Positions 1 to 9,182 of a DNA stretch of 32,000 nt are shown here, in pieces. The stretch spans positions 5,250,001-5,282,000 of the forward strand of contig NZ_CP064923.1 in assembly GCF_018336915.1 (NCBI RefSeq), in the 5' to 3' direction. Each line of letters begins with the position of its first letter. Position 1 is the stretch's first letter. Made by a program: the position numbers and the translations under genes. Origin of the DNA: Acaryochloris marina S15. GTDB taxonomy: Bacteria > Cyanobacteriota > Cyanobacteriia > Thermosynechococcales > Thermosynechococcaceae. The notes below the pieces were generated by a model. The model saw nothing but the letters and a program-made list of their open reading frames with translations, ran no database searches and had not been told where the DNA came from.

Positions 1-210
1 GGAAACCGGCGTAACCAAGTCAATCCGATTCAACACCAATACATGAGGCTTTTCCCCAATCCATCTCTGAATTTGAGGGTGGTGGCTAGAGTGGGGGATG
101 CGGGCATCTCGCACCTCTAGAACCACATCTACCTTTTTGAGCTGTTCAATTAGGGCTTTTTCAGCCTTGGCGATATGACCGGGATACCACTGAATGGGGG
201 GAGTAGACAT
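1..210 (-). CDS. rbgA: Ribosome biogenesis GTPase A (YlqF/RbgA), N-terminal 70 aa; gene continues beyond the window edge
   Basis: Minus-strand ORF, not in the ORF track, with ATG at 210..208. It translates to [65 protein letters not shown]. The W(F/Y)PGH-AKA, DARIP and N(K/R)xD-first order are typical of circularly permuted YlqF GTPases. Confidence 0.8.
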   Translation of the reverse strand, partial: MSTPPIQWYPGHIAKAEKALIEQLKKVDVVLEVRDARIPHSSHHPQIQRWIGEKPHVLVLNRIDLVTPVS

Positions 211-214
211 AACC

Positions 215-3200
215 CTAGAGTCGCTCTAGGCGATCGCGCAAAATCTCAGCCTGCTTTTCGGCTTCAGCCAGGGTATCACGAGCGCCCTGAACCACTGCGG
301 GTGGGGCTTGCTCCACAAAATTGGCATTGTTCAACCGACCACTACTGGACCGAATTTCTGCGTCTGCTTTTTTCAGATCCTTATTTAGCTTGGCTTTCAG
401 GATCTCAACGTCCACTACACCGCTAAGAGGTAGAAGGACTTGGACCGTACCAACCACACCAATGATGGTTTGTTTAACTTCCCCTTCTACTGCTGGAGTG
501 ATGCTCAAAGACTCTACTCTCGCCAGATCCTGGAGATAGGTTTGACCGGCTGTGAGGATTTGTCGTTCGCGATCGCTTTCGCTTTGCAAAATCACTTTAA
601 TGGGCTGCTTTGGCTTAATGCTGGCTTCTGCTCGTAAGTTGCGAATGGTGCGAATGGTCTCAATGACTAGCTCAAACTGCTCTTCTAGCCCCGGATCAAC
701 CCAGGCTGTGAAATCAGCGGAATTTGGCTCTGGCTGTGAATTTTTAGGTATAAAGTCATCTTCGTCGTGGGGCTCTGGTTCGACTGCCGCAGGCTCTGCC
801 AAAGCCAAATCCCCACCTAAGGCTTCCGCCGTTGTCTCCAAAGTCTTGGGATCACTCAGCAATGGCAAAATTTCATCTTTCTTCTTTTGCAAGGATTCGA
901 CCCAGGCTTGGCGATCGTCATACCAGAGCAGACGCCGATAGGCAAAGTTCAGAGAATAGCCCAAACCAATTAATTCAAAGGCGCTGCCTAATAGGGGAAC
1001 GTGATTAATCGCACCTAATACTGCTGCCGTAACTGCAAGACTGATAATACCCAGGAAGAAAACACAGACCCACAGTAAGACCGTTTGATTTACATCTAGA
1101 AAACGGCCGAGGTACGCTGGCAACTCGCCAAAGATATGGACGGCATCTCGCCAGCTAAAATCATGAACTTCAGGGTCTGGCTCCAAGGTCTCATCCCTCG
1201 TTTGAGCGGTCGATTCTGTCTCCGGTGCAGCAGATGGCTCAGGAGCTGCCGCTGCCTCTTCTACAGGAACATCAGCCATATCTGAAGAAAGCGGCACCGT
1301 TTCTGTCACTAATTGAATATCAGCTGCTTCTGGGTAGGGCTGACTGGCTAAATATTGTTCTGAGGTCGGTTGAGTCAGGGTCTGCCAAATCTCTTCCGTA
1401 ATATGGGGCATAAACGGATGAAAGAGCTTCAGCGTTCCCTCTAATACATAGGCAAGGGTTTGCTGGGCCACACGCTGGGAAGTAGTACCTTCCTGACGCA
1501 GTCGGGGCTTCACCAGTTCGATATACCAGTCACAGAAATCACCCCAAATAAATTCATACAGACCTTTCGAAGCTTCACCCAAACCATAGGCATCCACCTG
1601 ATTGCGGGTTTGCTGCACCAGGCGATGATATCGGGATAAAATCCAACGATCCGCCAATTCTAAATCAGCAATAGCAGGCTGCCCAAGCTGCTCGGGAGTG
1701 TGCCCATTCAGATTCATCAACACAAATCGAGAGGCATTCCATAACTTATTAGCAAAGTTACGAGAAGCTTCTACAGAAGTAGATTCATCCGTCTTGCGGT
1801 TATATTCCAAGCGAATATCTTGCCCTGCACCAGCCACCTCTCGGATCAGGGTATAGCGGAGGGCATCGGTGCCATATTTGTCGATCAAGATCAACGGATC
1901 AATCCCGTTATTGGACGACTTCGACATTTTTTTATTATTTTCGTCCCGCACCAAGCCATGGATATAGACATCCTTAAAAGGCATCTCTCCAGTAAAGTGG
2001 CCCGCCATCAAAGTCATCCGGGCGACCCAGAAGAAAATAATGTCAAAACCGGTCACCAAAGTGGCGGTGGGATAGTAGGTCGAAAGATCCGCCGTTTCCT
2101 CCGGCCAGCCCAAGGTGGAAAAGGGCCATAATCCCGACGAAAACCAGGTATCTAAAACATCTGGATCCTGGAGCAATTGCACCTCAGAGCCAAACTGTTC
2201 CACCGCTTTTTGCTGCGCTGACTCTGCATTTTCGGCCACCACAAAAGGCGTATCTTCTCGAATTTCGCCCTCAGTTTCGCTGATGGCATACCAAGCTGGG
2301 ATTTGGTGTCCCCACCAGAGCTGGCGGGAAATACACCAGTCTCGAAGATTCACCAGCCAATCCCGATACACCTTGGTCCAGCGCTCAGGGACAAATTCTG
2401 GCGATTGCTGGTCATCTAAGAATGCCAAGGTCCGTTTAGCTAAGGGGTCCGTTTTCACAAACCATTGAGTTGAGATCAAGGGTTCAACCGGTACCTTGCC
2501 GCGATCGCTATAGGGAACGCTATGACGATACGCTTCTGTTTTCACCAAACAGCCCTCTTCTTCCAAGCGAGCAATCACCCGTTTACGGGCTTCAAACCGA
2601 TCCAATCCCGCAAAAACATTGCCATTTTCATTCAGGGAACCATCTTTATTGAGGATATTAATGAAAGGCAAATTATGCCGCTGCCCCATAGCAAAGTCAT
2701 TGGGATCATGGGCAGGAGTAACTTTGACGCAACCCGTTCCAAATTCTGGATCTACTAATTCATCGGCAATCACCGGAATCTCGCGCTCCGTGATCGGCAG
2801 CTTAATAGTTTTGCCAATCAGGTCTTGATAGCGTTCATCTTTGGGATTCACCGCCACGGCCGTATCCCCCAACATGGTCTCTGGGCGAGTGGTGGCGACT
2901 TCAACAAAGCCAGAGCCGTCGCTGAGGGGATAGCGGAAGTGCCAAAGATGGCCATCCACTTCTTTATTCTCTACTTCTTGATCGGAGACCGCAGATTGGC
3001 TAGCAGGGCACCAATTCACCATATAATTGCCACGGTAAATCAGCCCTTCTTCATGCATTTGCACAAAGGCTTTGTTAACTGCTTTAGATAGTCCTTCATC
3101 CATCGTGAACCGCTCACGGGTCCAATCGACAGAGACTCCCAACCGTCGCTGCTGATGGACAATTCTGCCGCCGGATTCAGCTTTCCAGCGCTGAGCCCGT

Positions 3201-3553
3201 TCTAAAAATTCATCGCGGCCAATGTCGTAGCGGGTTTTGCCTTCCGCCTGCAGCTGCTTCTCTAAAATCGTGTGCACGGCAATACTGGCATGGTCCGTCC
3301 CCGGTAACCACAAGGTATTGTCACCAATCATGCGATGGTAACGAATCAGCACATCAATGAGCGCCGCTTCAAAGGCATGGCCCATATGCAGACTGCCCGT
3401 CACATTCGGTGGGGGAATAACGATGCAGTAGGGGTCACCCCCATGGTTCGGATCAGCTTTAAATACGTCGTTCGCTTCCCAATTTTCTTGCCATTTGGCT
3501 TCTGTTGCCGCGGGATCATATTGGCTAGATAGGGACGGAGCGGTGGCAATCAT
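215..3553 (-). CDS. valS: Valine--tRNA ligase (ValRS) with an internal CAAD membrane-anchor insertion
   Basis: Class I aaRS motifs are present: HIGH as SLHMGHAF and KMSKS as [11 protein letters not shown]-terminal coiled coil is also present. I prefer the start at [14 protein letters not shown] (ATG 3553) over the track start at 3595, because the extra 14 aa ([14 protein letters not shown]) lie in AT-rich promoter-like sequence. Confidence 0.95.
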   Translation of the reverse strand: MIATAPSLSSQYDPAATEAKWQENWEANDVFKADPNHGGDPYCIVIPPPNVTGSLHMGHAFEAALIDVLIRYHRMIGDNTLWLPGTDHASIAVHTILEKQLQAEGKTRYDIGRDEFLERAQRWKAESGGRIVHQQRRLGVSVDWTRERFTMDEGLSKAVNKAFVQMHEEGLIYRGNYMVNWCPASQSAVSDQEVENKEVDGHLWHFRYPLSDGSGFVEVATTRPETMLGDTAVAVNPKDERYQDLIGKTIKLPITEREIPVIADELVDPEFGTGCVKVTPAHDPNDFAMGQRHNLPFINILNKDGSLNENGNVFAGLDRFEARKRVIARLEEEGCLVKTEAYRHSVPYSDRGKVPVEPLISTQWFVKTDPLAKRTLAFLDDQQSPEFVPERWTKVYRDWLVNLRDWCISRQLWWGHQIPAWYAISETEGEIREDTPFVVAENAESAQQKAVEQFGSEVQLLQDPDVLDTWFSSGLWPFSTLGWPEETADLSTYYPTATLVTGFDIIFFWVARMTLMAGHFTGEMPFKDVYIHGLVRDENNKKMSKSSNNGIDPLILIDKYGTDALRYTLIREVAGAGQDIRLEYNRKTDESTSVEASRNFANKLWNASRFVLMNLNGHTPEQLGQPAIADLELADRWILSRYHRLVQQTRNQVDAYGLGEASKGLYEFIWGDFCDWYIELVKPRLRQEGTTSQRVAQQTLAYVLEGTLKLFHPFMPHITEEIWQTLTQPTSEQYLASQPYPEAADIQLVTETVPLSSDMADVPVEEAAAAPEPSAAPETESTAQTRDETLEPDPEVHDFSWRDAVHIFGELPAYLGRFLDVNQTVLLWVCVFFLGIISLAVTAAVLGAINHVPLLGSAFELIGLGYSLNFAYRRLLWYDDRQAWVESLQKKKDEILPLLSDPKTLETTAEALGGDLALAEPAAVEPEPHDEDDFIPKNSQPEPNSADFTAWVDPGLEEQFELVIETIRTIRNLRAEASIKPKQPIKVILQSESDRERQILTAGQTYLQDLARVESLSITPAVEGEVKQTIIGVVGTVQVLLPLSGVVDVEILKAKLNKDLKKADAEIRSSSGRLNNANFVEQAPPAVVQGARDTLAEAEKQAEILRDRLERL
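704..1320 (-). other. About 200-aa CAAD-type insertion within ValRS, with two predicted TM helices flanked by acidic/Pro-rich linkers
   Basis: The insertion lies between ...[11 protein letters not shown] and [13 protein letters not shown]..., just before the C-terminal coiled coil. It contains [25 protein letters not shown] and [19 protein letters not shown], followed by [12 protein letters not shown]. Confidence 0.7.
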
Positions 3554-3675
3554 AAACTTAAAATATTTTAAAGATGAGAATATAAGCCTGTACACTAAGG
3601 CATCATTAGATTAAATTCTGCCATATTTACCTCTGCCTGTCGGTCTTTCCTCACAAGGATCGATCATTTGCCTCT

Positions 3676-3703
3676 TTGAACTTGGCGGCAGTAACGCTAG
3701 AAT
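3676..3703 (+). promoter_or_regulatory. Candidate sigma70-type promoter for the rbp gene
   Basis: TTGAAC (3676..3681), a 16-nt spacer, then TAGAAT (3698..3703). This would give a 5' UTR of about 130 nt. Confidence 0.3.
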
Positions 3704-3838
3704 AACCGGAGAGACCAAACGTCGGTAGGCCAAGTTTTGGCTAGATTCAAGAAAAGTTATCCTTTCGTCCTGAGTTAGTTGACTTACCTCCGCATCCCAA
3801 TCTCGATACGTTGTTCATTTGATTTTTGAAGGTAAGGT

Positions 3839-4126
3839 ATGACAGTTTACATCGGTAACCTATCTTATGAGGTTACAGAGGACGATTTGACCGCAGTTTT
3901 TGCGGAATATGGGGAGGTCAAACAAGTCAAGCTTCCTGTAGATCGTGAGTCAGGTCGCAAGCGTGGTTTTGGATTCGTAGAAATGCAGGACGAAGCTAAC
4001 GAAGACAAAGGCATCGAAGAGTTAGATGGTGCTGAGTGGATGGGACGGACTCTAAAGGTCAACAAAGCCAAGCCTCGCACCCCCAGACCGACTAGCAGTG
4101 GCTGGGGCAGCAACCAAAGATATTAA
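3839..4126 (+). CDS. RRM-type RNA-binding protein with a short C-terminus and no long Gly-rich tail
   Basis: RNP2 is VYIGNL and RNP1 is RGFGFVEM, within a single RRM of about 80 aa. The AGGT/AAGG purine-rich stretch upstream could act as an SD. Confidence 0.9.
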   Translation: MTVYIGNLSYEVTEDDLTAVFAEYGEVKQVKLPVDRESGRKRGFGFVEMQDEANEDKGIEELDGAEWMGRTLKVNKAKPRTPRPTSSGWGSNQRY

Positions 4127-4191
4127 CCCCAATATCTTCATAGGGTTGAGGTAAGCTCAAGCCTAGCAACAGTAACCGTTGCAAGTTTCAT

Positions 4192-4231
4192 CAGATAAGG
4201 GTAGCAACCCATTCTCTCTTATCTGCTTTTA
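4192..4231 (+). terminator. Weak hairpin plus T-run between rbp and rpsU; possible attenuator or partial terminator
   Basis: CAGATAAG (4192..4199) pairs with CTTATCTG (4218..4225) and is followed by CTTTT. The loop is long (18 nt), so this is a weak call. Confidence 0.3.
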
Positions 4232-4294
4232 TATTTGGGTATACAGTAATTCCTGGCATCCAGACGTTTAACCCTATTAGTTGGAGAATATTGA

Positions 4295-4486
4295 ATGACC
4301 CAAGTGGTCCTTGGAGACGATGAGCAATTAGAATCCGCGCTGCGTCGATTTAAACGGAAAGTATCTAGAGCCGGCATCTTTGCCGACATGAAAAAGAACC
4401 GCCATTTTGAGACTCCCGCTCAAAAGCGACAGCGGAAAATGACTGCCAGACACCGAGAACGACGTAGAATGCGTGGCCGTAGGTAG
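4295..4486 (+). CDS. rpsU: 30S ribosomal protein S21
   Basis: 63 aa and highly basic. The [13 protein letters not shown]...RHFE.P..KR.RK pattern is typical of bS21. GGAG sits 7 nt upstream. Confidence 0.9.
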   Translation: MTQVVLGDDEQLESALRRFKRKVSRAGIFADMKKNRHFETPAQKRQRKMTARHRERRRMRGRR

Positions 4487-4572
4487 ACAAAGGTGTTCAT
4501 TACGCTTGTGACCCAGTGGGCCAATAACGTGTTAGTCCACTGGTGCCGTTCATTCATCTCAGGAGCATAATC

Positions 4573-5001
4573 ATGGCAGTAGCCAAAGTCGGAGATACCG
4601 TATCGATTCACTACACGGGAAAGCTGGATGATGGTTCCGTCTTCGATTCTTCCTTAGAGCGTGAGCCTTTGCAGTTTTCCATTGGTGGACAACAAGTCAT
4701 TCCAGGGTTTGAGCAAGCTGTCATTGGTATGAATCCTGGTGATTCTAAGACTGAGACAATTGTCTACGATCAAGCCTATGGACCCCGCCATGAAGATATG
4801 GTGGTTACTGTCCTCCGAGAGCAAATTCCCAGCGATTTCGATTTAGAAGTTGGTCAACAGTTGCAGATCAAAAACCCTGAGGGACAAGTCATTCCGGTGA
4901 TGGTCAGTGAGATCATTGAAGATCAAGTCACCCTAGATGGCAACCATCCCCTAGCAGGAGAAGATTTAACGTTTGAGATTGAATTGGTCAGCATTGCTTA
5001 A
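4573..5001 (+). CDS. FKBP-type peptidyl-prolyl cis-trans isomerase (SlyD-like, with an IF-domain insertion)
   Basis: VSIHYTGKLDDGSVFDSS, VIPGFEQAVIGMNPGD and NHPLAGEDLTFEIELV are present. The start is moved to ATG 4573, which has AGGAG at 4561..4565. Confidence 0.85.
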   Translation: MAVAKVGDTVSIHYTGKLDDGSVFDSSLEREPLQFSIGGQQVIPGFEQAVIGMNPGDSKTETIVYDQAYGPRHEDMVVTVLREQIPSDFDLEVGQQLQIKNPEGQVIPVMVSEIIEDQVTLDGNHPLAGEDLTFEIELVSIA

Positions 5002-5010
5002 TCAGCGGCC

Positions 5011-6066
5011 TTAGCGGGGAGACGTTGAGGTGACAAGGGGCACCAGTAACAAGCTGCCTTGCTCTCCACCTGAATTAAATCGCCAATATTGCTGATAATG
5101 GCGAAGGAAGTTTTGGCCTAGAATACCGTCTACTTTTAGTACTTTGAGAATGCTGGAAGACAAGACAATCACATCTAGATTGCGTCGCTGATATCGATGG
5201 AGGGTGACGGAATCCAGTTGCGATCGCATCGCGTTTTCCAAGCCACAAAACCCTCGAATTTGAATTGGACTCAACGTCGCTACATCTAATTTAAGTTTTG
5301 CCGCCACCGGCTCAGAAATAAAGGTACTATCCGCAGCCGTGTCTAACAATACCCGAAATGGACCTTGACCATTGATGTGGAGCTGCGCCACCATCACCCC
5401 TAGTTTTTGCTCTAGGGGAACTGCAGCTGCGATCGCATCGACGGACAATGGCGTGGGTGGCAATAAACTCAGGGTTGCTTTGCCGGGATGCAGATGTAGA
5501 TCAAACTGACTCAGCACATCCATCCCTAATACCCCAGACAATTCTGCGGGAATGACCGTATTGGCAAACTGGAGACTATGCAGTTCTTTGACTTGGAGCT
5601 TTCCCAGTTCTAGTGGGGGTAACTGCTGAAGCGTCGCATTCATATTAGGACAGTCATTCCCCGCCACCGCAAAGGACAACCGTTGATTAGGGATAGGTTT
5701 CCCTTTGAGGCCCAGTGCTTCTACGACAGGCGTGGCCACCATCGAGGTCGATGCCCCGGTATCCACTAACCATCGGGTGGGCAGCCCCTGCAATTGGGCA
5801 TTGACGGTATAAACCGACGTTCCCGGCAAAGTGAACAGGGGCAGTCGAGCTGCACCCTGCACCCGAGGCTCAGGTACTTTCAGTCCTTGTAGCTGAACAA
5901 TGGCAGAGACCAGGGCGGGATCCACGTGAGTCTTCGTCCTCTCCTTTTGCTGATACCCCACCGGTTCAGCCATCTCCACTTGGGGAATAGGCTGGGCCAA
6001 ACCCATGCTACAGAGATTCCCCCATAGACACAGGGCCATGCAAACCCATTTTTTCCTCAAACTCAT
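5011..6066 (-). CDS. Secreted protein with two tandem retropepsin-like (clan AA) aspartic protease domains
   Basis: The signal-like N-terminus is MSLRKKWVCMALCLWGNLCSMGLAQP. Domain 1 has WLVDTGASTS (DTG at 5755..5763) and GVLGMDVL. Domain 2 has VLLDTAADST (DTA at 5335..5343) and GILGQNFL. The start is moved to ATG 6066. Confidence 0.7.
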   Translation of the reverse strand: MSLRKKWVCMALCLWGNLCSMGLAQPIPQVEMAEPVGYQQKERTKTHVDPALVSAIVQLQGLKVPEPRVQGAARLPLFTLPGTSVYTVNAQLQGLPTRWLVDTGASTSMVATPVVEALGLKGKPIPNQRLSFAVAGNDCPNMNATLQQLPPLELGKLQVKELHSLQFANTVIPAELSGVLGMDVLSQFDLHLHPGKATLSLLPPTPLSVDAIAAAVPLEQKLGVMVAQLHINGQGPFRVLLDTAADSTFISEPVAAKLKLDVATLSPIQIRGFCGLENAMRSQLDSVTLHRYQRRNLDVIVLSSSILKVLKVDGILGQNFLRHYQQYWRFNSGGEQGSLLLVPLVTSTSPR

Positions 6067-6352
6067 TGCTACCTCATTCTTTACATCCTGATGGGCTACA
6101 TCCATCCTGCCCAACCCGTTGCACTACCTCTGCAAAATGGGCATACAAGATATGGAGCCTAGGTCGTTTTTAGTGCTTCATCTGAAGAAAAAGTGATATT
6201 GTTGACTTTTTTATAGTTTCTTGACGTATATGATCTTTATAAGTAGAAACTTAGAGTCTACAAATTGAAGTCATTCTCAAGGGATTTACTCAGTTCAATA
6301 TGGCTGTTGGCCCCTTATTTATCCAAATTCAGGTGGGAAGACCTTATCAACC

Positions 6353-7249
6353 ATGACTAAAAGCAACGTTTTCCTAACCCTGGTGTTATCGGTTGCAGCT
6401 GGCCTGATCACCAGTGCCTTCGGTTTCTGGAGTGTGACTGAAAGAGAGTCTGCTTCCACTTCAGCAGCCCAAAAAGGCCCTGCCCCCTCAGGGTTTCCTG
6501 CCCCAACACCTGAGAATCTCCCAGAGGTGGAGTCAGATATTGTCCTAGCTGATCCAGAGGTCGTGCCACCGACTGCACCCCTGACAACTGCCCCGACCCC
6601 TAATAATCCAGCTCCCATTGCGCCACCGCCTCCTGTTCCCCAGCGTCCCCTGACCAGCGTTTCTTCTTCCTACCCTCAACCTAGAGAAGTTAAAGCCACC
6701 GTTCATCCAACCAACTATGGACAACGGTTCGTTAACAACGCTCAAGGACAACCGGTACAAAATAACTGGCTGATCGTTCTCCATGAGACCGTTGGCTCCG
6801 GCATGAGTGCCATCCGTCACTTTCAAACCCCTCATCCTCGGGATGAAGATCAAGCCAGTTATCATGCCTTAATTTTTCTCGATGGCACCATCGTCTATCT
6901 TGTCCCTCCTGAGAATCGGGCATTTGGTGCAGGCAACTCTGTATTTGTAGGAGCTAATGGTCCTGAAGCCGTTAAAACCAATCCAGACTTACCGGCCTCC
7001 GTCAATAACTTTGCCTATCACATTGCCCTGGAGACCCCACCTGACGGGAACCACAACGGCCCCAGTCACAGAGGTTATTCAGAGGCCCAGTACCAATCCC
7101 TCGCCTGGTTAATTGCCCGGACAGGTGTTCCCAGCCAGCGCGTCACCACCCATGCAGGCGTTGACCGTTCTGGCGAGCGTTCCGATCCCCGTAGCTTTGA
7201 CTTCTCTAAATTCAACTCCATGCTCCAGCAGTTCTACGCACGGTCCTAA
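6353..7249 (+). CDS. Membrane-anchored N-acetylmuramoyl-L-alanine amidase (amidase_2/PGRP-like domain)
   Basis: An N-terminal TM helix (VFLTLVLSVAAGLITSAFGFW) is followed by a Pro-rich linker. The C-terminal domain has IVLHETVG, ASYHALI, NNFAYHIALE and TTHAGVDRSGERSDP, as in AmpD/PGRP-type zinc amidases. Confidence 0.75.
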   Translation: MTKSNVFLTLVLSVAAGLITSAFGFWSVTERESASTSAAQKGPAPSGFPAPTPENLPEVESDIVLADPEVVPPTAPLTTAPTPNNPAPIAPPPPVPQRPLTSVSSSYPQPREVKATVHPTNYGQRFVNNAQGQPVQNNWLIVLHETVGSGMSAIRHFQTPHPRDEDQASYHALIFLDGTIVYLVPPENRAFGAGNSVFVGANGPEAVKTNPDLPASVNNFAYHIALETPPDGNHNGPSHRGYSEAQYQSLAWLIARTGVPSQRVTTHAGVDRSGERSDPRSFDFSKFNSMLQQFYARS

Positions 7250-7450
7250 TTCATCCATTCAACCCCGCGTGAAGCCCCGATATAGGAGGGCTTTAGACAT
7301 AGACACCCTATTATTTTTCCAACCCTTCGACTGCGGACATCAGCCACCGTCAGACGATACACTAGCTTAGAAGCCAGTCCCTCGACCCACTTTGCCGAAG
7401 CACATCGTCAAGGACCTGGTTCTGCCGTCTGCTCCTTTTTTCTAACTGCC

Positions 7451-9028
7451 ATGGACAATGTGCCTATTATTCGAACGGTGTCAGGACTTCGTCATTTCTT
7501 GCACTGTTTTCCTGGCAACTTCAATGAAGGAGTAAGCCCTTCCAGCACAGTCATTGGTCAGATCGGTTTGGTACCAACCATGGGGGCGTTGCATGCGGGG
7601 CATCTCAGCCTGATTCAGCAGGCTCGCCAAGAAAATCAATGTGTGATTGTCAGCATTTTCGTCAATCCTCTCCAGTTTGCTGCCCATGAAGACCTGACAG
7701 AATACCCGCAAACCTTGGATCAAGATCAAGCATTGTGCCAGGAGCAGGGTGTAAATGCTATTTTTGCCCCCTCTATAGACACGATTCTCGCCGAAAATCC
7801 CCTCACCCAAGTAATTCCACCGGCCTCCCTCACAGAGAACCTCTGTGGCCCCCATCGCCCCGATCATTTCACAGGGGTAGCGACCATTGTTTTGAAATTG
7901 TTGAATATTGTCCAGCCTACTCGGGCCTACTTTGGCCAAAAAGATGCCCAACAGCTGACCATTATTAAGCGTCTTGTCCAGGATTTAAATCTAGATGTCA
8001 CGGTGGTCCCCTGCAGGCTCATTCGTGAAGCGACAGGCCTGGCCTTGAGTTCTCGCAATCAGTATTTGAATCCTCAAGAAGCACAACAAGCAACCATTTT
8101 GCACCATAGCCTGCAAGCGGCTCAACACACTTTTCAGGGGGGGAGTTGCGATCGCAACTCCGTCCTCACTACGGTGGCCCAAACCTTAGCCAAAGAACCC
8201 CAAGTTGAGGTGGACTATATCGATCTGGTCGATCCTTTAACTTTGCAGCCTTTAGAGCACATCACTACCCAAGGCCTGGTCGCGGTTGCCGCCCGCGTTG
8301 GCTCTGTTCGGCTGATCGACAATATACTTTTGGATGCCCGCAGGCCTATCCTCGCCATGGATGGGCCTGCAGGTGCGGGCAAATCAACGGTCACCCGCCG
8401 CTGTGCCCAAGCCTTAGGATTGCAATATCTAGACACAGGAGCCATGTATCGAGCCATAGCCTGGCTGGCCCTAGACAAGCAAGTTGAGGTCTCAAACACG
8501 TTTGCGATCGCAGAGCTTGTAGAAGATTGCAATATCGAACTCAAACCCCATCCAGACCCTCAACAACCTCCCCAAGTCTGGGTGAACCAACAGGAGGTCA
8601 CCCAAGCCATTCGCACCCCAGAAGTGACATCCCAGGTGTCAGCGGTTGCCGCTCAACCCCCAGTTCGAGAAGCCCTCGTCAAACAACAGCAACGTTTAGG
8701 TCGCCAGGGTGGCCTGATTGCCGAAGGTCGAGATATTGGCACCCATGTCTTTCCTGAGGCGGGACTCAAAATCTTCTTAACGGCTTCTATTGAAGAACGC
8801 GCCCGTCGTCGCCAACAGGATTTAAAGGATCAGAACTTACCCTCCCCAACCCAATCTGAATTAGAAGACCTGATTGCCAGTCGCGATCAACAGGATAGTC
8901 AACGAGAATTTGCCCCCCTTCGCAAGGCTTACGATGCCATAGAAATTAACACGGATGGCATGACGATTGAGCAGGTCATCACCCAAATCACGACCCTTTA
9001 CCAAGAGCGATTTCCAGCCCAAGCATAA
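7451..9028 (+). CDS. panC: Bifunctional pantoate--beta-alanine ligase / cytidylate kinase (PanC-Cmk fusion)
   Basis: The N-terminal half has PTMGALHAGHLSL and YFGQKDAQQL, which are PanC motifs. The C-terminal half has ILAMDGPAGAGKSTV, YLDTGAMYR and GRDIGT, which are Cmk motifs. Confidence 0.9.
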   Translation: MDNVPIIRTVSGLRHFLHCFPGNFNEGVSPSSTVIGQIGLVPTMGALHAGHLSLIQQARQENQCVIVSIFVNPLQFAAHEDLTEYPQTLDQDQALCQEQGVNAIFAPSIDTILAENPLTQVIPPASLTENLCGPHRPDHFTGVATIVLKLLNIVQPTRAYFGQKDAQQLTIIKRLVQDLNLDVTVVPCRLIREATGLALSSRNQYLNPQEAQQATILHHSLQAAQHTFQGGSCDRNSVLTTVAQTLAKEPQVEVDYIDLVDPLTLQPLEHITTQGLVAVAARVGSVRLIDNILLDARRPILAMDGPAGAGKSTVTRRCAQALGLQYLDTGAMYRAIAWLALDKQVEVSNTFAIAELVEDCNIELKPHPDPQQPPQVWVNQQEVTQAIRTPEVTSQVSAVAAQPPVREALVKQQQRLGRQGGLIAEGRDIGTHVFPEAGLKIFLTASIEERARRRQQDLKDQNLPSPTQSELEDLIASRDQQDSQREFAPLRKAYDAIEINTDGMTIEQVITQITTLYQERFPAQA

Positions 9029-9096
9029 ATCTCTTGCTTGCATTGACACTATCCATCTCTCGCTGCCGATCCACTGCCTTTCAGGAGAAGATTAAA

Positions 9097-9133
9097 TTCT
9101 TAAGAGGGAATTCTGATTTGCTTCTTAAGAGGG
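9097..9133. repeat. Exact 12-bp direct repeat TTCTTAAGAGGG, two copies 25 bp apart, upstream of the aminotransferase gene
   Basis: The copies are at 9097..9108 and 9122..9133. Each contains the CTTAAG palindrome. They lie 50-85 nt upstream of ATG 9183. Confidence 0.3.
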
Positions 9134-9182
9134 TGCGGTATGCTATTCCAAATAGTTCCCCGTCCTCAATCTCGGAGTCAGC

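Noticed and set aside
175-3532. About a dozen plus-strand ORFs of 60-129 aa (for example 552..941, 2115..2468, 1820..2131) overlapping valS
   Set aside because: All lie antisense to a very confidently identified ValRS. They have low-complexity, Ser/Arg/Cys-rich translations typical of shadow ORFs, and none has an SD or a recognisable motif.
3554-3595. A 14-aa N-terminal extension of valS in the ORF track ([14 protein letters not shown])
   Set aside because: The extension is AT-rich and not ValRS-like. The ATG at 3553 gives a normal ValRS N-terminus (..YDP...E.KW...W).
4543-4572. A 10-aa upstream extension of the FKBP ORF
   Set aside because: AGGAG at 4561..4565 lies inside the extension and is correctly spaced for the ATG at 4573.
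6319-6923. Minus-strand ORFs (99, 106 and 63 aa) opposite the amidase gene
   Set aside because: They are Gly/Arg-rich mirror images of the Pro-rich linker of the plus-strand gene. No independent signals support them.
7481-8544. Minus-strand ORFs of 156, 63 and 109 aa opposite panC-cmk
   Set aside because: They are antisense to a confidently assigned bifunctional gene and have no motif or SD.
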